Origin: Strigamia acuminata
Taxonomy: Eukaryota
DNA: 64,000 bases
Assembly (NCBI GenBank): GCA_949358305.1
Contig: OX442314.1
Location: 4,526,001-4,590,000, forward strand
Direction of reading: 5' to 3'
In this document: positions 1 through 11,249 of the stretch, piece by piece
Position numbering within the stretch: the first letter of the stretch is position 1
Layout of the letters: every line of letters starts with the position of its first letter
Made by a program: the position numbers and the translations under genes
Notes under the pieces: generated by a model
Database searches by the model: none
Seen by the model: the letters and a program-made list of their open reading frames with translations, nothing else
Told to the model about the DNA's origin: nothing

Positions 1-631
1 TTCGTGCGGGTCCGCGTGGGGCGGACTCCGCCGGACGCTTCGATCTTCTGTGATGGCGGCGACTTCCCAGGATACCAGCGTGGTATAACTGCCACATCTC
101 AGACTGCGTGGCCGTAAAATTCGCCGGCGGTATCCATCTGGGTGTCAGATGATCTTCTTCGATGTCGCGAAGCCATCTACGGATTTCTTCGGGGGAGAAA
201 CCGTTTCTCTCGAGAACTCGGGTTACTCCGTGAGTCTCGGTGCGCTTTAAGCGTTTGATCTCGTCGTCCACTATTCTCTGGCGGGCTGCCAAGGTCGGGG
301 CCTCGCTCCACCTATGGGAGGTGTGCAGCTCGGCCACCGTGCCTGGGTAAGCCTCTTCCAGGTACCCGGAGTAAACGGGGCTCGGCGGATCCGCATCGGG
401 TGGGATCCGCGGCCCCACTCGCTCCCTCATCTCCTTCGTCATGCACTCGACCAGCGTTTTTGATCGCTCGAATTTTTCCTCGAGGGTCCTGGAATACATC
501 AATCGGATTTTCCAGGCGCTGGTCTCTGCAGGATAGGCCTGCCGCAGGTAAATCGGCAGGGCTCCGCGAAAGATGTTGTTGGCGGTTGACGCCGTCGGAG
601 GCAGGGCGTCCCACGATTCTAGCGGGTCGAC
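1..631 (-). CDS. Partial exon of an unknown accessory protein (>=210 codons, runs off the window) downstream of Gypsy A pol
   Basis: Manual translation VDPLESWDALPPTASTANNIFRGALPIYLRQAY...EEIRRWLRDIEEDHLTPRW...GPAR has no stop to base 1; begins right after an AT-rich ...AAAATTATTCAG acceptor-like site; absent from the ORF track because it has no stop in the window. Confidence 0.6.
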
Positions 632-1689
632 CTGAATAATTTTAGATCACAAGATTAATATAATAAATCCCAGTTAACGATGGGGATCAGAAATATGCTC
701 AAGATCGACGGTGGCAGCAACTCCTTTCTTTTGTTGCGGCCGTCGGTCTTATTTTCTTGTTTCGCAGTTCTGCGATGATCTCCGCCGTCGTAGCGCTGAT
801 CCAACACTACTTTTGAACTCAGGTGATCCGCTTTTTTGGAAGGGGTCGCAGGCAAAACCGATCGTTAAATTTTAATTTCTTACGCTAAACTTTTTTATTT
901 TAACTCTAATCGTATTTTAATTTATTACGATGTTTAAATTTAAAAGAAAGAAAACCTTTAGTTTTGGTTTTGGTTTGCCACGACGCCATTCCGCGAACAC
1001 TTCCTTTGTTCTAGTTTTTTGGCGGCCTTGACTCCGAGGTGAATCTGGGTCCACTCTCGGGTTTTTAGCCAGCCTTAAATCAACAATAAAACAGAAAGAA
1101 ATATATCAGTCACAAGTCACGCTCCAATCTGGGTTGGATGCAACAGATTCAAAGAATTATGTGATTTCTCTGGGGAAATCACACTAATTTACCTGCAACG
1201 GCGGTTGTTCGTCCCAATTCTCATCTTCTTCTGCATTTACGATTAGGCCGTCGCTCTCGTCTCTCGACGATGCGCTCGGCTCTAATCGTGGGTTGCGTCG
1301 ATCGGCCATTTCAATTTAGGAAAATGAAGTTTTGTTTGAGAGGTCTTTGTCTTTCTCTTTGGGGGAGAAGCAAAAACACGTCTCGTCGTGTTAAAAACAG
1401 TCGGAAACTGGGCCTATCGACGCTGAGAATTGTGGGTCTCGAACGCGTCTCGTATTTTGCGAGATCCGCCGTGCTGGCAATGACGCTACGGGGTCGACCG
1501 CGTGGTTTCGTTGTCACGTGGTCGCCCGCTACGTCATAACTTCTCGTCTGTTAGTGGTGACTGCGACAATTCGTTGCGAAGTTTGGATTTAGCTAATTTT
1601 TCGCGTCTCAACATGTGCAGCAGCTCTCGTAAGTAAATCTTTTTATTTTACAAGGCCTCCGCTCCATGTTATCACATTTTCTTTTATTT

Positions 1690-4600
1690 TTAGTTCTTCC
1701 CCACGACTTTGCCGTCCCGAATGAACGGATTATTGCTTCGTCGTGGTCGAAGGTTGATTTTCGACGTGCTCGTAGATCGTGACTCTACTTGCTCGTTCAT
1801 CTCCGATGTGTTGGCATTTTTCTCATTACTAATTTTTTTATTTTCCATTTCAGAAGTACTTTCTTCTGCTTCCTCCCTCTCCGAAATTGCTTGCTCCGGC
1901 TGTGCTGGAGCCTCGTCGGCCGGAGATTCGGCGTCGAAGAATTCATCCTCGTCCTCCGCTATATTTTCAGCTTCATTTGTTTTTTGGAACGTGTCGACCA
2001 CGGTGCCCCCTTGGCCGCTGTGTGTCTGACCTTCCAGCCAGATTTCTTGGGGAAACTCTGGCAGATATGGCCTTAAATCTCGGCCATGTATCGACTGAAA
2101 ATTTTTGTTGTCCTCTAAGCGGCGTAGTTGGTATGCGTTGCCGCCGTGTTCGGCCACAATTACATAGGGACCGTCCCTCTTGTCGGCTAAACCTGCGGCG
2201 ATGCCCCTCGCTGCATTGGACAACGTGTGTGCCTCCTTCCACACTAGATCATTCACTTTAAAGTTCGCGAAAGCGAGATCGCCTTCTTTATCTGCGATTC
2301 TTTCTCTCATGTTGAAAATATGCGCCATCATATGCTGGTATGTGTCGGATATAGTCTGTTCCAACCGGCACACGTACTCGTGTGGGCTCGATGGGTCTAA
2401 TACGTTAACAGCTTCGGCAACGCGTGGGTCCCATGGCATCCTTAATTCGCGGGCGAAGTTGAGGTACGCCGGTGAGAATTCGCGTGTTCTTGACACGGTT
2501 GAGCGAATGCTGAAAGCGATTTCTCGCAGGTATTCGTCCCATCGATTGTGAATATCGGTGAATACTGTCAGCGCATATTTTATGTCTTTATTTAATCTCT
2601 CGACTGGGTTTGTCTGAGGATTATACGTGGGGGTGTTTGATGCATCCATTTTAAATTTTCTACAGAAGTCCTTATATATTCTCGATCGGAATTGGGGGCC
2701 GTTATCCGAAATGAGTTTTCTGGGAAACCCAAATCGCATTGCCACGTCGTAAAGGCACTCGACTATGTTTTCAGCCGAGGGCTTCGCGAGGGCGTACAGC
2801 TCCGGCCATCGGGTGGCCACGTCCATAATTACGAGAATATACATGTTCTTGTTTCCCGTTGTGGGCTTGGGGCCCATCAAGTCTATGCTTAAGCAGTCAA
2901 ACGGTGCGTAGGGTCCGAGAGACATGGCGTTTCTGGCCACTTTATCTCGCGGTCTGCACGCTTGGCACCGGGGGCAGTGTCGGATAAATTTCGTTATCTT
3001 TTGCCGCGCGCCCGGCCAGAAGAAAAGTTGTTTTACTCGATAAAGGGTCCTCGCCACGCCAGAATGGCTGGCGAGCGGGTGTCCGTGCATCAGCCACAAC
3101 AGTCGGGTGTGCAGCGATGCCGGCACGACCACTTTAACCGAGTTTCCCGCTCCGCTGAGGTCATCTTGAAACGTCGGGTGGTATTTTACCAGGAGTTCAT
3201 CATCTATGAGGTAGCTTGTTGCTTCTTTGACGAACTGTTTCCGGCGGTGTGGGTTTGTCATCCCTTCCGGAAATTCGCCGTTCAGCAAATATTGCGTTAT
3301 AATTTGACATTTTGTGTCTGCTGCCTGGTGTTCGACGAACTCACGTCTCGTGGGTGGAGCGTATTGTGTTTTTTCTTCAATTTTTGCTGTGAAGGCGCGT
3401 AGTAGTGTTTTGTGGGTTTCTCCGGGGGGCGGAGATTGAATTTCGGATGTTGAATTGTTTGTCCCAGCTGGCTGGTATGTTCGAGTCCAAAAACCACAAA
3501 ACGTTCTATCTTCAGGCTCCATCACTGGTAGCTCGTTCGCCTTTCGCAAACGCCATATTCTCCGTGGAGTCGGGCAGTACAAGAGGTGGGTGTCGTCCTC
3601 GCCGTCGTCGTCTGGTCCTTGGGGGTCAGAGGCTGGGGCTCTCGAGAGGGCGTCGGCCACATGATTGTACTTCCCGGGGCGGTACGTAATTGTTATATCG
3701 CACGCCATTAACTCCAGTTGCCATCGTGCGAGTCGGCCGGAGGGTTCCTTGAGCTTCATCAACCAGCTTAGTGCCTGGTGATCTGTCTGAACCTCGAAGT
3801 TCGTGTACTCCAGATAGTCGCGAAATTTCCGAACTGCCCAAATTACGGCTAGGCATTCTAGTTCCGTTGCCGTATAATTTTTCTCCGCGCCCTGTATTTT
3901 TCTGCTTATAAACATACAGGGTACTTCTTGCGAGATTCCGTTGTACACGTGGGTCTGCAGAAGGGCTGCACCCAGTCCGATTTTACTCGCGTCGGTGTGC
4001 AACACGAACGGTCGGTTTAGGTCCGGCAATGGCATCTTTTCGACGTCAGCCAGCATTTGCTTGATAGTGCTAAATGCGGCCTCGCACTGGACCGTCCACT
4101 CAAACTCTTTATCCGTTCGTAAGAGATCCGTTATAGGCGCGGCCACTTCAGCCAGACCAGAGAGTAGTCGGCCGAAGAAATTGACCATGCCCATGAATCT
4201 CTGGACACCTTTTATATCTTCGGGGGCGGGGAATCCGTTTATTGCTTTGACTTTTTCGGGGTCAATCGCGATTCCCTCGACTCCTATTCGATATCCTAGG
4301 AAGGCAAGCTCTTTCCTGCAAAACTTGCTCTTCCCTGGATGGATGTGGAGTCCTGCCTTGGCTAGGCGAGAGACCACTCTATCGATGTGGTCTATATGTT
4401 CTTCGAATGTGTCCGACGTTATTATGATGTCGTCGAGATACGCCCACACGAAGTCGTGCAGCATATCTCCCAACACGCTTTCGATCAGTTTCTGGAACGT
4501 GCTCGGGGCGTTTACAAGCCCGAACGGCATCACGTTGAACATTAGTCTTCCTATCGGGGAGTAGAAAGCCGTTTTCAGTTTGTCTTCGGGTTTTAGCTCC

Positions 4601-5826
4601 ACTTGCCAATACCCCTTTGACAGGTCCATGGTGGTTACCCACTTGAACGGGCTCAGTTCCCGGAGGATCGAGTCTATAGACGGCATCTGAATCGGGTCTA
4701 TAACCGTTATCGCGTTCAGGGGGCGATAATCAATGCATAGTCGAGGTTCCGAGCCTGGACGCATCACCAGGACGATCCGCATGGCGTATTCGCCCAGGGC
4801 TTGCGTTACTATGCCCTTGTCGAGCATGTCTTGGCACATTTGCGTCACGATGTCTCTTTTCTGGGGGTTCATCCCCTTGTAAGGCACTCGAATCGGCTTG
4901 TCTGTGGTTAAGACTATTTCGTGTGTTGCTTCCGTCGTTCGACCAGGTGTCTTGGTCAGAATTCTTTCATGCTTTCGAAGCACTCGCCTTAGTAGCGATG
5001 CCTCGTTAACACGCAGTGCTGCCTCCCCGACCAGGGTGTCCACGACGTTACTCCTCTGTAATTCCAGAGTGAAGGCTGCGAAATCGTAATCTTGGACGAA
5101 TTTTCGCAATCCTCTTCCGTATTCCTCTTTGTCCTTGGCTTCGTCCAGTAATTTTTGGGGAACTACGGGGACTGACCGTTCTCCCTCGGGACTTATCCAG
5201 TTCCATGAACGGGTTATCGGGTTTGGCTGAATTTTCAGTTTCGCCATGATGTCCATCCCTAGGAGGAATACTTTGTCGTGGGATGGCAAGACTATGAAGG
5301 GGTGGGACAGGTTCCCCCCCGTCCAGTCGATCATGATGCGAACTACGCCCTTCGGCTTGACGTAGCCGTTGGCGGTGAGCAATTCTACGTTCGCGTTCAC
5401 TTGTGCCACCTTCTTTCCAATATCCAAGTCTTTTACTATATCTTCGGATATGAATGAACGATCCGCTCCTGAATCCAGTAGACCGAACAATTTTTGGTTT
5501 TCTATCTCCACTGGCAGCATACACAGAGTTTCGCAATGTGCTTTCGTGACATTGCAGTGAAATACGCGTAATGTCTGGGGCTCAACCTCCAGATTGAACG
5601 GAAGGTCCGTCCAATCCATGTCGACCTCCGGTTTCGTTCTCACTTGCATACTCGTTAACGTCACTTTTTCCTCCTTCTTCGGAACGATCTGTATGCGGTC
5701 TTTGATCTGTGCCTCTGCCAAGGCATGACCTGCGGGTCCAGTGTGATATTTCTTCTTTTTAATTTCCGCGGCTGGCGCAGACGAAGCTGAATTTATTTCG
5801 GCGACGCCTGCGCTTGGAAGTTTTTT
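1690..5826 (-). CDS. pol: Gypsy Pol polyprotein (aspartic protease, RT, RNase H, integrase), expressed by -1 frameshift from gag
   Basis: LLDSGA protease; RLCIDYRPLN and YLDD RT motifs; LHTDAS...ELECLA...TDHQAL RNase H; H-H-C-C zinc finger, IDLMGP/SDNGPQF/VERLN integrase; GPY; frame open from slippery site 5820-5826 (ORF track 1690..5721). Confidence 0.95.
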   Translation of the reverse strand, partial: KKLPSAGVAEINSASSAPAAEIKKKKYHTGPAGHALAEAQIKDRIQIVPKKEEKVTLTSMQVRTKPEVDMDWTDLPFNLEVEPQTLRVFHCNVTKAHCETLCMLPVEIENQKLFGLLDSGADRSFISEDIVKDLDIGKKVAQVNANVELLTANGYVKPKGVVRIMIDWTGGNLSHPFIVLPSHDKVFLLGMDIMAKLKIQPNPITRSWNWISPEGERSVPVVPQKLLDEAKDKEEYGRGLRKFVQDYDFAAFTLELQRSNVVDTLVGEAALRVNEASLLRRVLRKHERILTKTPGRTTEATHEIVLTTDKPIRVPYKGMNPQKRDIVTQMCQDMLDKGIVTQALGEYAMRIVLVMRPGSEPRLCIDYRPLNAITVIDPIQMPSIDSILRELSPFKWVTTMDLSKGYWQVELKPEDKLKTAFYSPIGRLMFNVMPFGLVNAPSTFQKLIESVLGDMLHDFVWAYLDDIIITSDTFEEHIDHIDRVVSRLAKAGLHIHPGKSKFCRKELAFLGYRIGVEGIAIDPEKVKAINGFPAPEDIKGVQRFMGMVNFFGRLLSGLAEVAAPITDLLRTDKEFEWTVQCEAAFSTIKQMLADVEKMPLPDLNRPFVLHTDASKIGLGAALLQTHVYNGISQEVPCMFISRKIQGAEKNYTATELECLAVIWAVRKFRDYLEYTNFEVQTDHQALSWLMKLKEPSGRLARWQLELMACDITITYRPGKYNHVADALSRAPASDPQGPDDDGEDDTHLLYCPTPRRIWRLRKANELPVMEPEDRTFCGFWTRTYQPAGTNNSTSEIQSPPPGETHKTLLRAFTAKIEEKTQYAPPTRREFVEHQAADTKCQIITQYLLNGEFPEGMTNPHRRKQFVKEATSYLIDDELLVKYHPTFQDDLSGAGNSVKVVVPASLHTRLLWLMHGHPLASHSGVARTLYRVKQLFFWPGARQKITKFIRHCPRCQACRPRDKVARNAMSLGPYAPFDCLSIDLMGPKPTTGNKNMYILVIMDVATRWPELYALAKPSAENIVECLYDVAMRFGFPRKLISDNGPQFRSRIYKDFCRKFKMDASNTPTYNPQTNPVERLNKDIKYALTVFTDIHNRWDEYLREIAFSIRSTVSRTREFSPAYLNFARELRMPWDPRVAEAVNVLDPSSPHEYVCRLEQTISDTYQHMMAHIFNMRERIADKEGDLAFANFKVNDLVWKEAHTLSNAARGIAAGLADKRDGPYVIVAEHGGNAYQLRRLEDNKNFQSIHGRDLRPYLPEFPQEIWLEGQTHSGQGGTVVDTFQKTNEAENIAEDEDEFFDAESPADEAPAQPEQAISEREEAEESTSEMENKKISNEKNANTSEMNEQVESRSTSTSKINLRPRRSNNPFIRDGKVVGKN
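5770..5826 (-). promoter_or_regulatory. Gag-pol -1 ribosomal frameshift signal (A_AAA_AAC plus downstream stem)
   Basis: GCA AAA AAC in the gag frame followed by a GCGCAGGCG...CGTCTGCGC stem; pol is in the -1 frame and open from here. Confidence 0.8.
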
Positions 5827-8800
5827 GCCAGATCAGTTCTTAACTCCATCATCATTTTCATCATGGTTTGCATGATGTCCTTTTCTTTGACGGTTTTCTC
5901 ACATTTATCTGAGTAGTGGCCGTATTCTCCACAGCTGTAACATTTGATGTTACTTTTATCCCCTGTGGGAGTGAATCCCGGTTTTTTCGGGACGAAGGGC
6001 GTCGGGAATCGTCTTTTTCCTCCCAATGCTCCTCTCGCTTTTGTTGCTTGCACGTGTGCTCTGAATTGTGTGATTGCCAAGGCCCGGTGTGCATGGTGCA
6101 AATAGGGACCTTGATCGTCGCATCCCGTCGATAAGTTTTCGAGGTGCTCATTTAGGGCTTCCTCGTCGCTCGATGCTGGCTCCTCTTCTTTAGCCGTGGC
6201 GAGAGGTGTTGTCTCTTCGACTTTCTCCATCTGGGTGGAGTCCGTCGAGGTCACCTGCATCGCCGTCGCTGCCGGTGCTTTCTTTGGGGCAGCTATCGGG
6301 TTGGCTGGAAGAATACTGCCTGCTTTAGGCGTCAGCATTCGTCCGAAGGATGCTTCGGTGAGACTCATTATGCCGCTCAAATATTCACTTGGCCTCATTA
6401 ATTTTTCTGAGGTCTTGTGGCGTTCGGCGCTCGTCTGCAACCGCTTCTCGTGCGCGTCAGCTTCTTCCGGGGGCAGAGTGGCGTAATACCGCTGTTCTAT
6501 TTCTAACGTGTTTGTTAGAAGATAGTTACTGACATCTTGGTAATCGCCAGTGCGGGGTGCACGCATGTCTAGCAGAATTCTTTGCGAGTGGGCCGATAAT
6601 CCTCCGTAAAAGATCATCGTAAAACCAGCGGGGTTTATTTCGTACGGCGCTCTTGCAAACAGGAGTTTCGCTCGGGCGTCGTAGTCGGCTAATGTTTCTC
6701 CTGGGGCTTGTCGTAGACCCCGTAATTTGTTACTGATCTCGTCTGGAGTCTCGCCGTATCGGAGATCGAAACGGACGAGAAAATCGTCCCAGGTTGGGTT
6801 TTTCAGTCCCTGGTACCATTCTCGAGCTGACCCCGTAGTTAGCTCCACTAGCCCGTGGGTTAGCATGTCGGCGACGGTGGCTTTTGTCGCTTTCTTGATA
6901 CGCATTACTTCGTCCAGGAAGCGGTCTCCGGCCTTCCACGAACCGTCAAATCGCGTTTGAATATAGTGTTGCCAGCGGATGTTACCCGTGGCTTCACTGC
7001 TTGGTTCGTTTCGTACGCCATATTTGCGCTTAACCCTCTCTCCAGCGCGATTATGTTCGTCGCCTGGATGGCCTAGATCGATTCCTTCTCTTCTGAAAGA
7101 GTTCAGCAGGGCTCGGCCTAGCTCAGACATCGTGTAATGTCGGCCAGATGAGTCCTGAAAGTTCCCTTCCTCTGAACGAGGGTTGGAGCTCCGGGAAGAG
7201 CGGTCTGAAGCATTCGGCCGGTTCGACCGGTGCCCATCGCTGCCTTCTTGACTCCTTCCTGTAGACGGTCGACTCGGATGGTCGTCGTCCGACGAATCGG
7301 AGGGCTCGGAGGGATCTCCTTGGGGGTGAAACCTCGGCCCTCTCGGTGGGGTCTCTCCGCCAGCCTTCTTCTGTTTCGAGCCTTCGGATGGCGGCGGCTC
7401 CCCTCCGTCGTTGTTCTCGCAAAAAGAATGCCATCTGTTTTCCTCGCTCTCGGGGCGTTCCCGATTTTTATTTGCGTTTTTCTTTTCGAGTAACGCGTCG
7501 ATGGCTGCTCCCGTCTCGGATCTTTTTGAGGGGTGACGGTCCTTTGTTTTTGGGACCGATCCGTCTCTCTTTTGAGATTTCCCCCTTTTTGCCGTTTTTG
7601 CCGGCTTTGCTGCATCTTCTCCTGTGTCGGTATCAGAGCCGCTTGGGGGTTCTGACTTCCGTTTCGGGTTTTCTTCCCTTTTCTTCCTGCCCGAGACACC
7701 TTGTTCGTACTCTTTTTGGAACTTTTCTGTTTCTTTCTCCCAGTTTTCGGCTTCCCATCTTTTTTGCTCATCTATTATGGCTTGTTTCTTTGCTTTGTAC
7801 TCTTCGGTCCATCTGACTCGGTCCCATTCCTCTTTCTCTTTCAGGAACTGTTCCTTTTCTTTTCTGGCTTCCTCTTCTCTCAACCTCTCGCGATGTTGTT
7901 CTTCCCATTTTTGGTGTTGTAAAATGGCTTCTTCTCGCAACATTTGTAGCTTTTCTGCTTTTCTTTGAGCTACGAGCGCTTGAAATTGGTCCTCGTACTC
8001 TTGAGCTTCTCGATGTCGCCCTTCCACCGTGGCGTTCCATTCTTTTCGAATTTTAGCTTCTCGTTCCTCCCTCATTTTTTGGACCAGTTTTTCTGTTCTC
8101 TCGGTGGTTCTTCTTTCGCGTTGCTCCCTTTCTTCCTCTTCCTTCCAGAGTTCTCGCCGCTCTGCGCTCAGTCTTCGTTGGCGATTAGTCGCTTCTTGTC
8201 TGGCTTCTTCGCGGGCCTTCTCTCTGGATTGGTGAAGTGCCCGGTTGGGGTCTGGCGCGAAACCTCCGGTGTCACTGGGCGTTACCTGGGGCATGGGCGT
8301 CTCCGCTGCTGGTCTTGCGACCGGCGTCGGGGCTTGTGCCGCGCAGATAGCGTCAGTGAGTAGAGTAATCGATTCCCAGACTGACGTTCCTACTGGAATG
8401 TCTATCATCGCTTTCAGTTGGGCAGCTTGCCGTGTCAACCGAATTAGGTGAGATACCTCGAAGGAAACAACCGCAGGACTCGCCGTAACTCGGGGGGTTA
8501 TCGGGGTCCCGCCGTCGTTTTTTCGTGGGGTTTGCTCCACGGACGTCTGAGCCGTGGGTGGCGATGGGTTCGTGCCGACCGTGACCGTTATTTTCGGAGC
8601 TTCATTCGTCTCCTCGGTCATCAATATCGATACTCGTCCTGGCGATACGTCGCGAATTTCTTCTCGATTTTCTATGGCTTCCGGATCGGTATCCTCGAAG
8701 GGTTGCATATTCAAGGGAACCCGCTCTCGCTCTGGCCCGTCTAGGGCCGCGAGCGATGCAGCTTGCTCCTCTTTCTGCGCCTTCGCTCTCCTTTTATTCG

Positions 8801-8933
8801 CTCGGGCTTTCGCCTTTGCGGACATTTCAGGGACGGGACCATCCGATCTCAGGTGGTAGTCGGAGGTCCTTTTTCCCTTCTCGGGCATTCTCTGCTCGGT
8901 TTCAGACGTGGATTGCTCGTCTTTGTCTGACAT
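5793..8933 (-). CDS. gag: Gypsy Gag (1046 aa; long charged coiled-coil N-terminal half, retrotransposon-gag core, CCHC knuckle)
   Basis: AREWYQ...WDDF...RF...LRQAPGETLADY gag core; CYSCGEYGHYSDKC zinc knuckle; immediately upstream of pol. Confidence 0.9.
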   Translation of the reverse strand: MSDKDEQSTSETEQRMPEKGKRTSDYHLRSDGPVPEMSAKAKARANKRRAKAQKEEQAASLAALDGPERERVPLNMQPFEDTDPEAIENREEIRDVSPGRVSILMTEETNEAPKITVTVGTNPSPPTAQTSVEQTPRKNDGGTPITPRVTASPAVVSFEVSHLIRLTRQAAQLKAMIDIPVGTSVWESITLLTDAICAAQAPTPVARPAAETPMPQVTPSDTGGFAPDPNRALHQSREKAREEARQEATNRQRRLSAERRELWKEEEEREQRERRTTERTEKLVQKMREEREAKIRKEWNATVEGRHREAQEYEDQFQALVAQRKAEKLQMLREEAILQHQKWEEQHRERLREEEARKEKEQFLKEKEEWDRVRWTEEYKAKKQAIIDEQKRWEAENWEKETEKFQKEYEQGVSGRKKREENPKRKSEPPSGSDTDTGEDAAKPAKTAKRGKSQKRDGSVPKTKDRHPSKRSETGAAIDALLEKKNANKNRERPESEENRWHSFCENNDGGEPPPSEGSKQKKAGGETPPRGPRFHPQGDPSEPSDSSDDDHPSRPSTGRSQEGSDGHRSNRPNASDRSSRSSNPRSEEGNFQDSSGRHYTMSELGRALLNSFRREGIDLGHPGDEHNRAGERVKRKYGVRNEPSSEATGNIRWQHYIQTRFDGSWKAGDRFLDEVMRIKKATKATVADMLTHGLVELTTGSAREWYQGLKNPTWDDFLVRFDLRYGETPDEISNKLRGLRQAPGETLADYDARAKLLFARAPYEINPAGFTMIFYGGLSAHSQRILLDMRAPRTGDYQDVSNYLLTNTLEIEQRYYATLPPEEADAHEKRLQTSAERHKTSEKLMRPSEYLSGIMSLTEASFGRMLTPKAGSILPANPIAAPKKAPAATAMQVTSTDSTQMEKVEETTPLATAKEEEPASSDEEALNEHLENLSTGCDDQGPYLHHAHRALAITQFRAHVQATKARGALGGKRRFPTPFVPKKPGFTPTGDKSNIKCYSCGEYGHYSDKCEKTVKEKDIMQTMMKMMMELRTDLAKNFQAQASPK

Positions 8934-9007
8934 TTTCTTTCGGTAATTCTACGATTTGGGTTATCTTATTGAGAGATCACAAGTTCAGATTTGAGATTTA
9001 TTTCTAA

Positions 9008-9025
9008 ATCCCGGACAGACCCCCA
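9008..9025 (-). promoter_or_regulatory. Primer-binding site, tRNA-Pro-like (TGGGGGTCTGTCCGGGAT)
   Basis: 2 nt from the LTR end; resembles the classical tRNA-Pro PBS TGGGGGCTCGTCCGGGAT. Confidence 0.7.
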
Positions 9026-9027
9026 CG

Positions 9028-9847
9028 TGTCGCGTCCTACTTGGTATAGGTTTAAATAGCGCTAACGTGTAATACTTTACCTGTGATCAATTATGTAAAT
9101 ACCCAAATGAATACCAAATGTATGTAAATAAACAGGTAATTTATTCACCAGGCTTTATGCCTTTAAAATACACTCAGTAACAATTCTAGAGTCGACGTGG
9201 TCAGCGTCGAACAAAGGATTTCTCAAGATGGCGTCGTCGATTCCGCGTGGTCGGCGGAACAAAGGCGGCGTCTCGAGTTGTCGTTAATTCGTCACGGATT
9301 CGTCTTCACGGACGCGGTGGAATGCTCTTTCGAGTCTTCTATCCGTGCCTGTTGTCTAGGGTTTGTTTAGCGTCGCAGAGGCCTCGTCTAGGAACTTTGG
9401 GGTTCCCTACAAAGCACTCGGACACTTACTTCGGCGAATAATCGTCTGGGCGATTATTCTGGGTGATTTCACAAGGGCTATTCTCGTGCTTTCGCAGGAA
9501 TAGCTCGCAAGTGACTTCGTGAGAGTTACAGTTTGCACTTTACTCAGCGATCCTCGATCAATCCTAACTTGTAGTTGAAGTTGGCCTGACGGTGAGGTAG
9601 TTGCTGTGTTCTTGGTGTCGTTTGTGTAAGTTCTGACTTTAGGCGGGAAACACAGCCTTTTATGCAGTGGGGTGAAGGGCCGGCGATCAACCAATGGGGG
9701 CTGACCATCAGCCGCTTCCTCCCCCTCGGGGCACACACCTGCCATGGGGAGGTGGAGCCAACTCGGGGGGGAACGACTCTTCAATCACAGTGACTCAGAG
9801 GACAAGCATCCGCCCTGGGGGGACACTTATCCAACTGGGTCACCACA
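9028..9847 (-). repeat. 5' LTR of Gypsy A (~820 bp)
   Basis: TGTGGTG...CGCGACA termini on the minus strand, adjacent PBS; outer boundary inferred from the TG terminus and similarity to the solo LTR ending at 61026. Confidence 0.7.
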
Positions 9848-10178
9848 ATTGTTACGATAAAAATTAAGATGTTTCTCTTTTGTGCCTATCTTCTTGCTTT
9901 TAAAAGGATTGTGTAAGTCGCAAGTTATTCACCTGTGAACTTTTCTTATAGCAGAACAGCAGAACTTTGCACTTGCATATGATAGGTCATTTCTTTTATT
10001 TCTGGCTGCACATAGAATCGAATGCACTTGTACTTCTAATCATGTACCATACATTTCTTTCCTAATGGTAAAATAAAATAAAATGTGCAAACATTTACGT
10101 TCATTTTCCAAAATCCCACTTACGGTTTTAATCTTACTGTTTTTTAATCACTTTCACTTTGTCATCTGACTTCTGGCT

Positions 10179-11230
10179 TGTGATGATTCTACCTTTGGCT
10201 GAATATTATTAGCCTTAAAGATAAACCTTGGAGGAACACTTGGTTTACGTCCAAGGATAAACTAACCTAACCTACCGGATAAGCTAAACTGTGAATATAC
10301 AACTGAACAATAAGGGGTTTCATTAAATGAGCGATTAGTTGATTATGATTACTTTGATTAGTCAATTACTTGATGTTTTATGTGACTGGATTCAACCAAT
10401 CCCGAGAATAATCATTTCATCAAATAAGCGACTAAGCAACTAATCAAGTAATCACCGCAAACCATGATTTTCTGCTTATTTGGGCCGATTATAAGTGCTC
10501 ACTCAACTGAAATCGACATGACGGCGCCATATCCGCTTAAACTACACAAGGTCATAATATAACAAAGTCTGCTCAGTTTAGGTTAAACTGAACACATGAA
10601 ACGAGTTAGGTAGTTGCAATTGTTTTTTGTAGGAACTTTTTTTAAACAATTGCAATGCATTTAGGTTACAATTTAAACAATTCCACCCATCAGAGCAATA
10701 ATAACATAATCAGATTTTTGTTGGGCCCTCAATAATTGAGTGATTATGATTATTGCAATAATCTACTAATCACAATAATCGTTCATTTAATGAAACCCCT
10801 TAATATGAACTTACGATTATATGGAACATGATTATGTTTATTACAATAAAACCGGGTTCTGGGATCGTGTAAACGGGTGGCATCCTCTGGTTGGATGTCT
10901 GGGCGGGCCGAGGGATAGGAATGGCTTAGTGGCATTGTCAAAATAACGTTACGTGGCCAAATTTGGCCACGTGGCACAGATAACCATGAATGCGAAGAAT
11001 CCTTCGCATTCTCCGAGATTTAAACAATCGTTAAAACCATGCTAAATAAAAGAGATAAATATTAATAATATTGGCGGAGACAATCAAGAATGGTCCACAA
11101 CCACTGTGCGAAGATTTGACACTTCCATCTGCCTCAAAGTCATAATGGTTGTAGGATCGCCGGCGTGATCCGTGGCCGGGATTTATTGACCGGGTTAGCC
11201 TTCCCGTAACAGCTTGTGAATAAGCCGAGT
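10179..11230 (-). repeat. Diverged relic of the Gypsy B LTR family, interrupted by a MITE
   Basis: Starts TGTGATGATTCTAC like LTR B (TGTGACGATTCTAC); shares CGTGTAAACGGG.GGCATC and ATGCGAAGA.TCCTTCGCATT blocks; right boundary uncertain. Confidence 0.7.
10314..10799. mobile_element. MITE, PIF/Harbinger-like
   Basis: TIR GGGGTTTCATTAAATGA / TCATTTAATGAAACCCC flanked by TAA/TTA. Confidence 0.7.
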
Positions 11231-11249
11231 AAAACAGCCACATGAATAA

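Larger units (their letters stand above)
1..9847 (-). mobile_element. Gypsy/Ty3 LTR retrotransposon A (5' LTR, gag, pol, extra 3' ORF; 3' LTR lies outside the window)
   Basis: LTR-like TG...CA block 9028-9847 next to a PBS; gag and pol in PR-RT-RH-IN order; GC-rich coding-like sequence continues to position 1. Confidence 0.9.

Noticed and set aside
1709..9007. Many 60-220-aa antisense or overlapping ORFs over gag/pol (also over the copia, pPolB and ORF3)
   Set aside because: Shadow ORFs of long coding regions with no motifs
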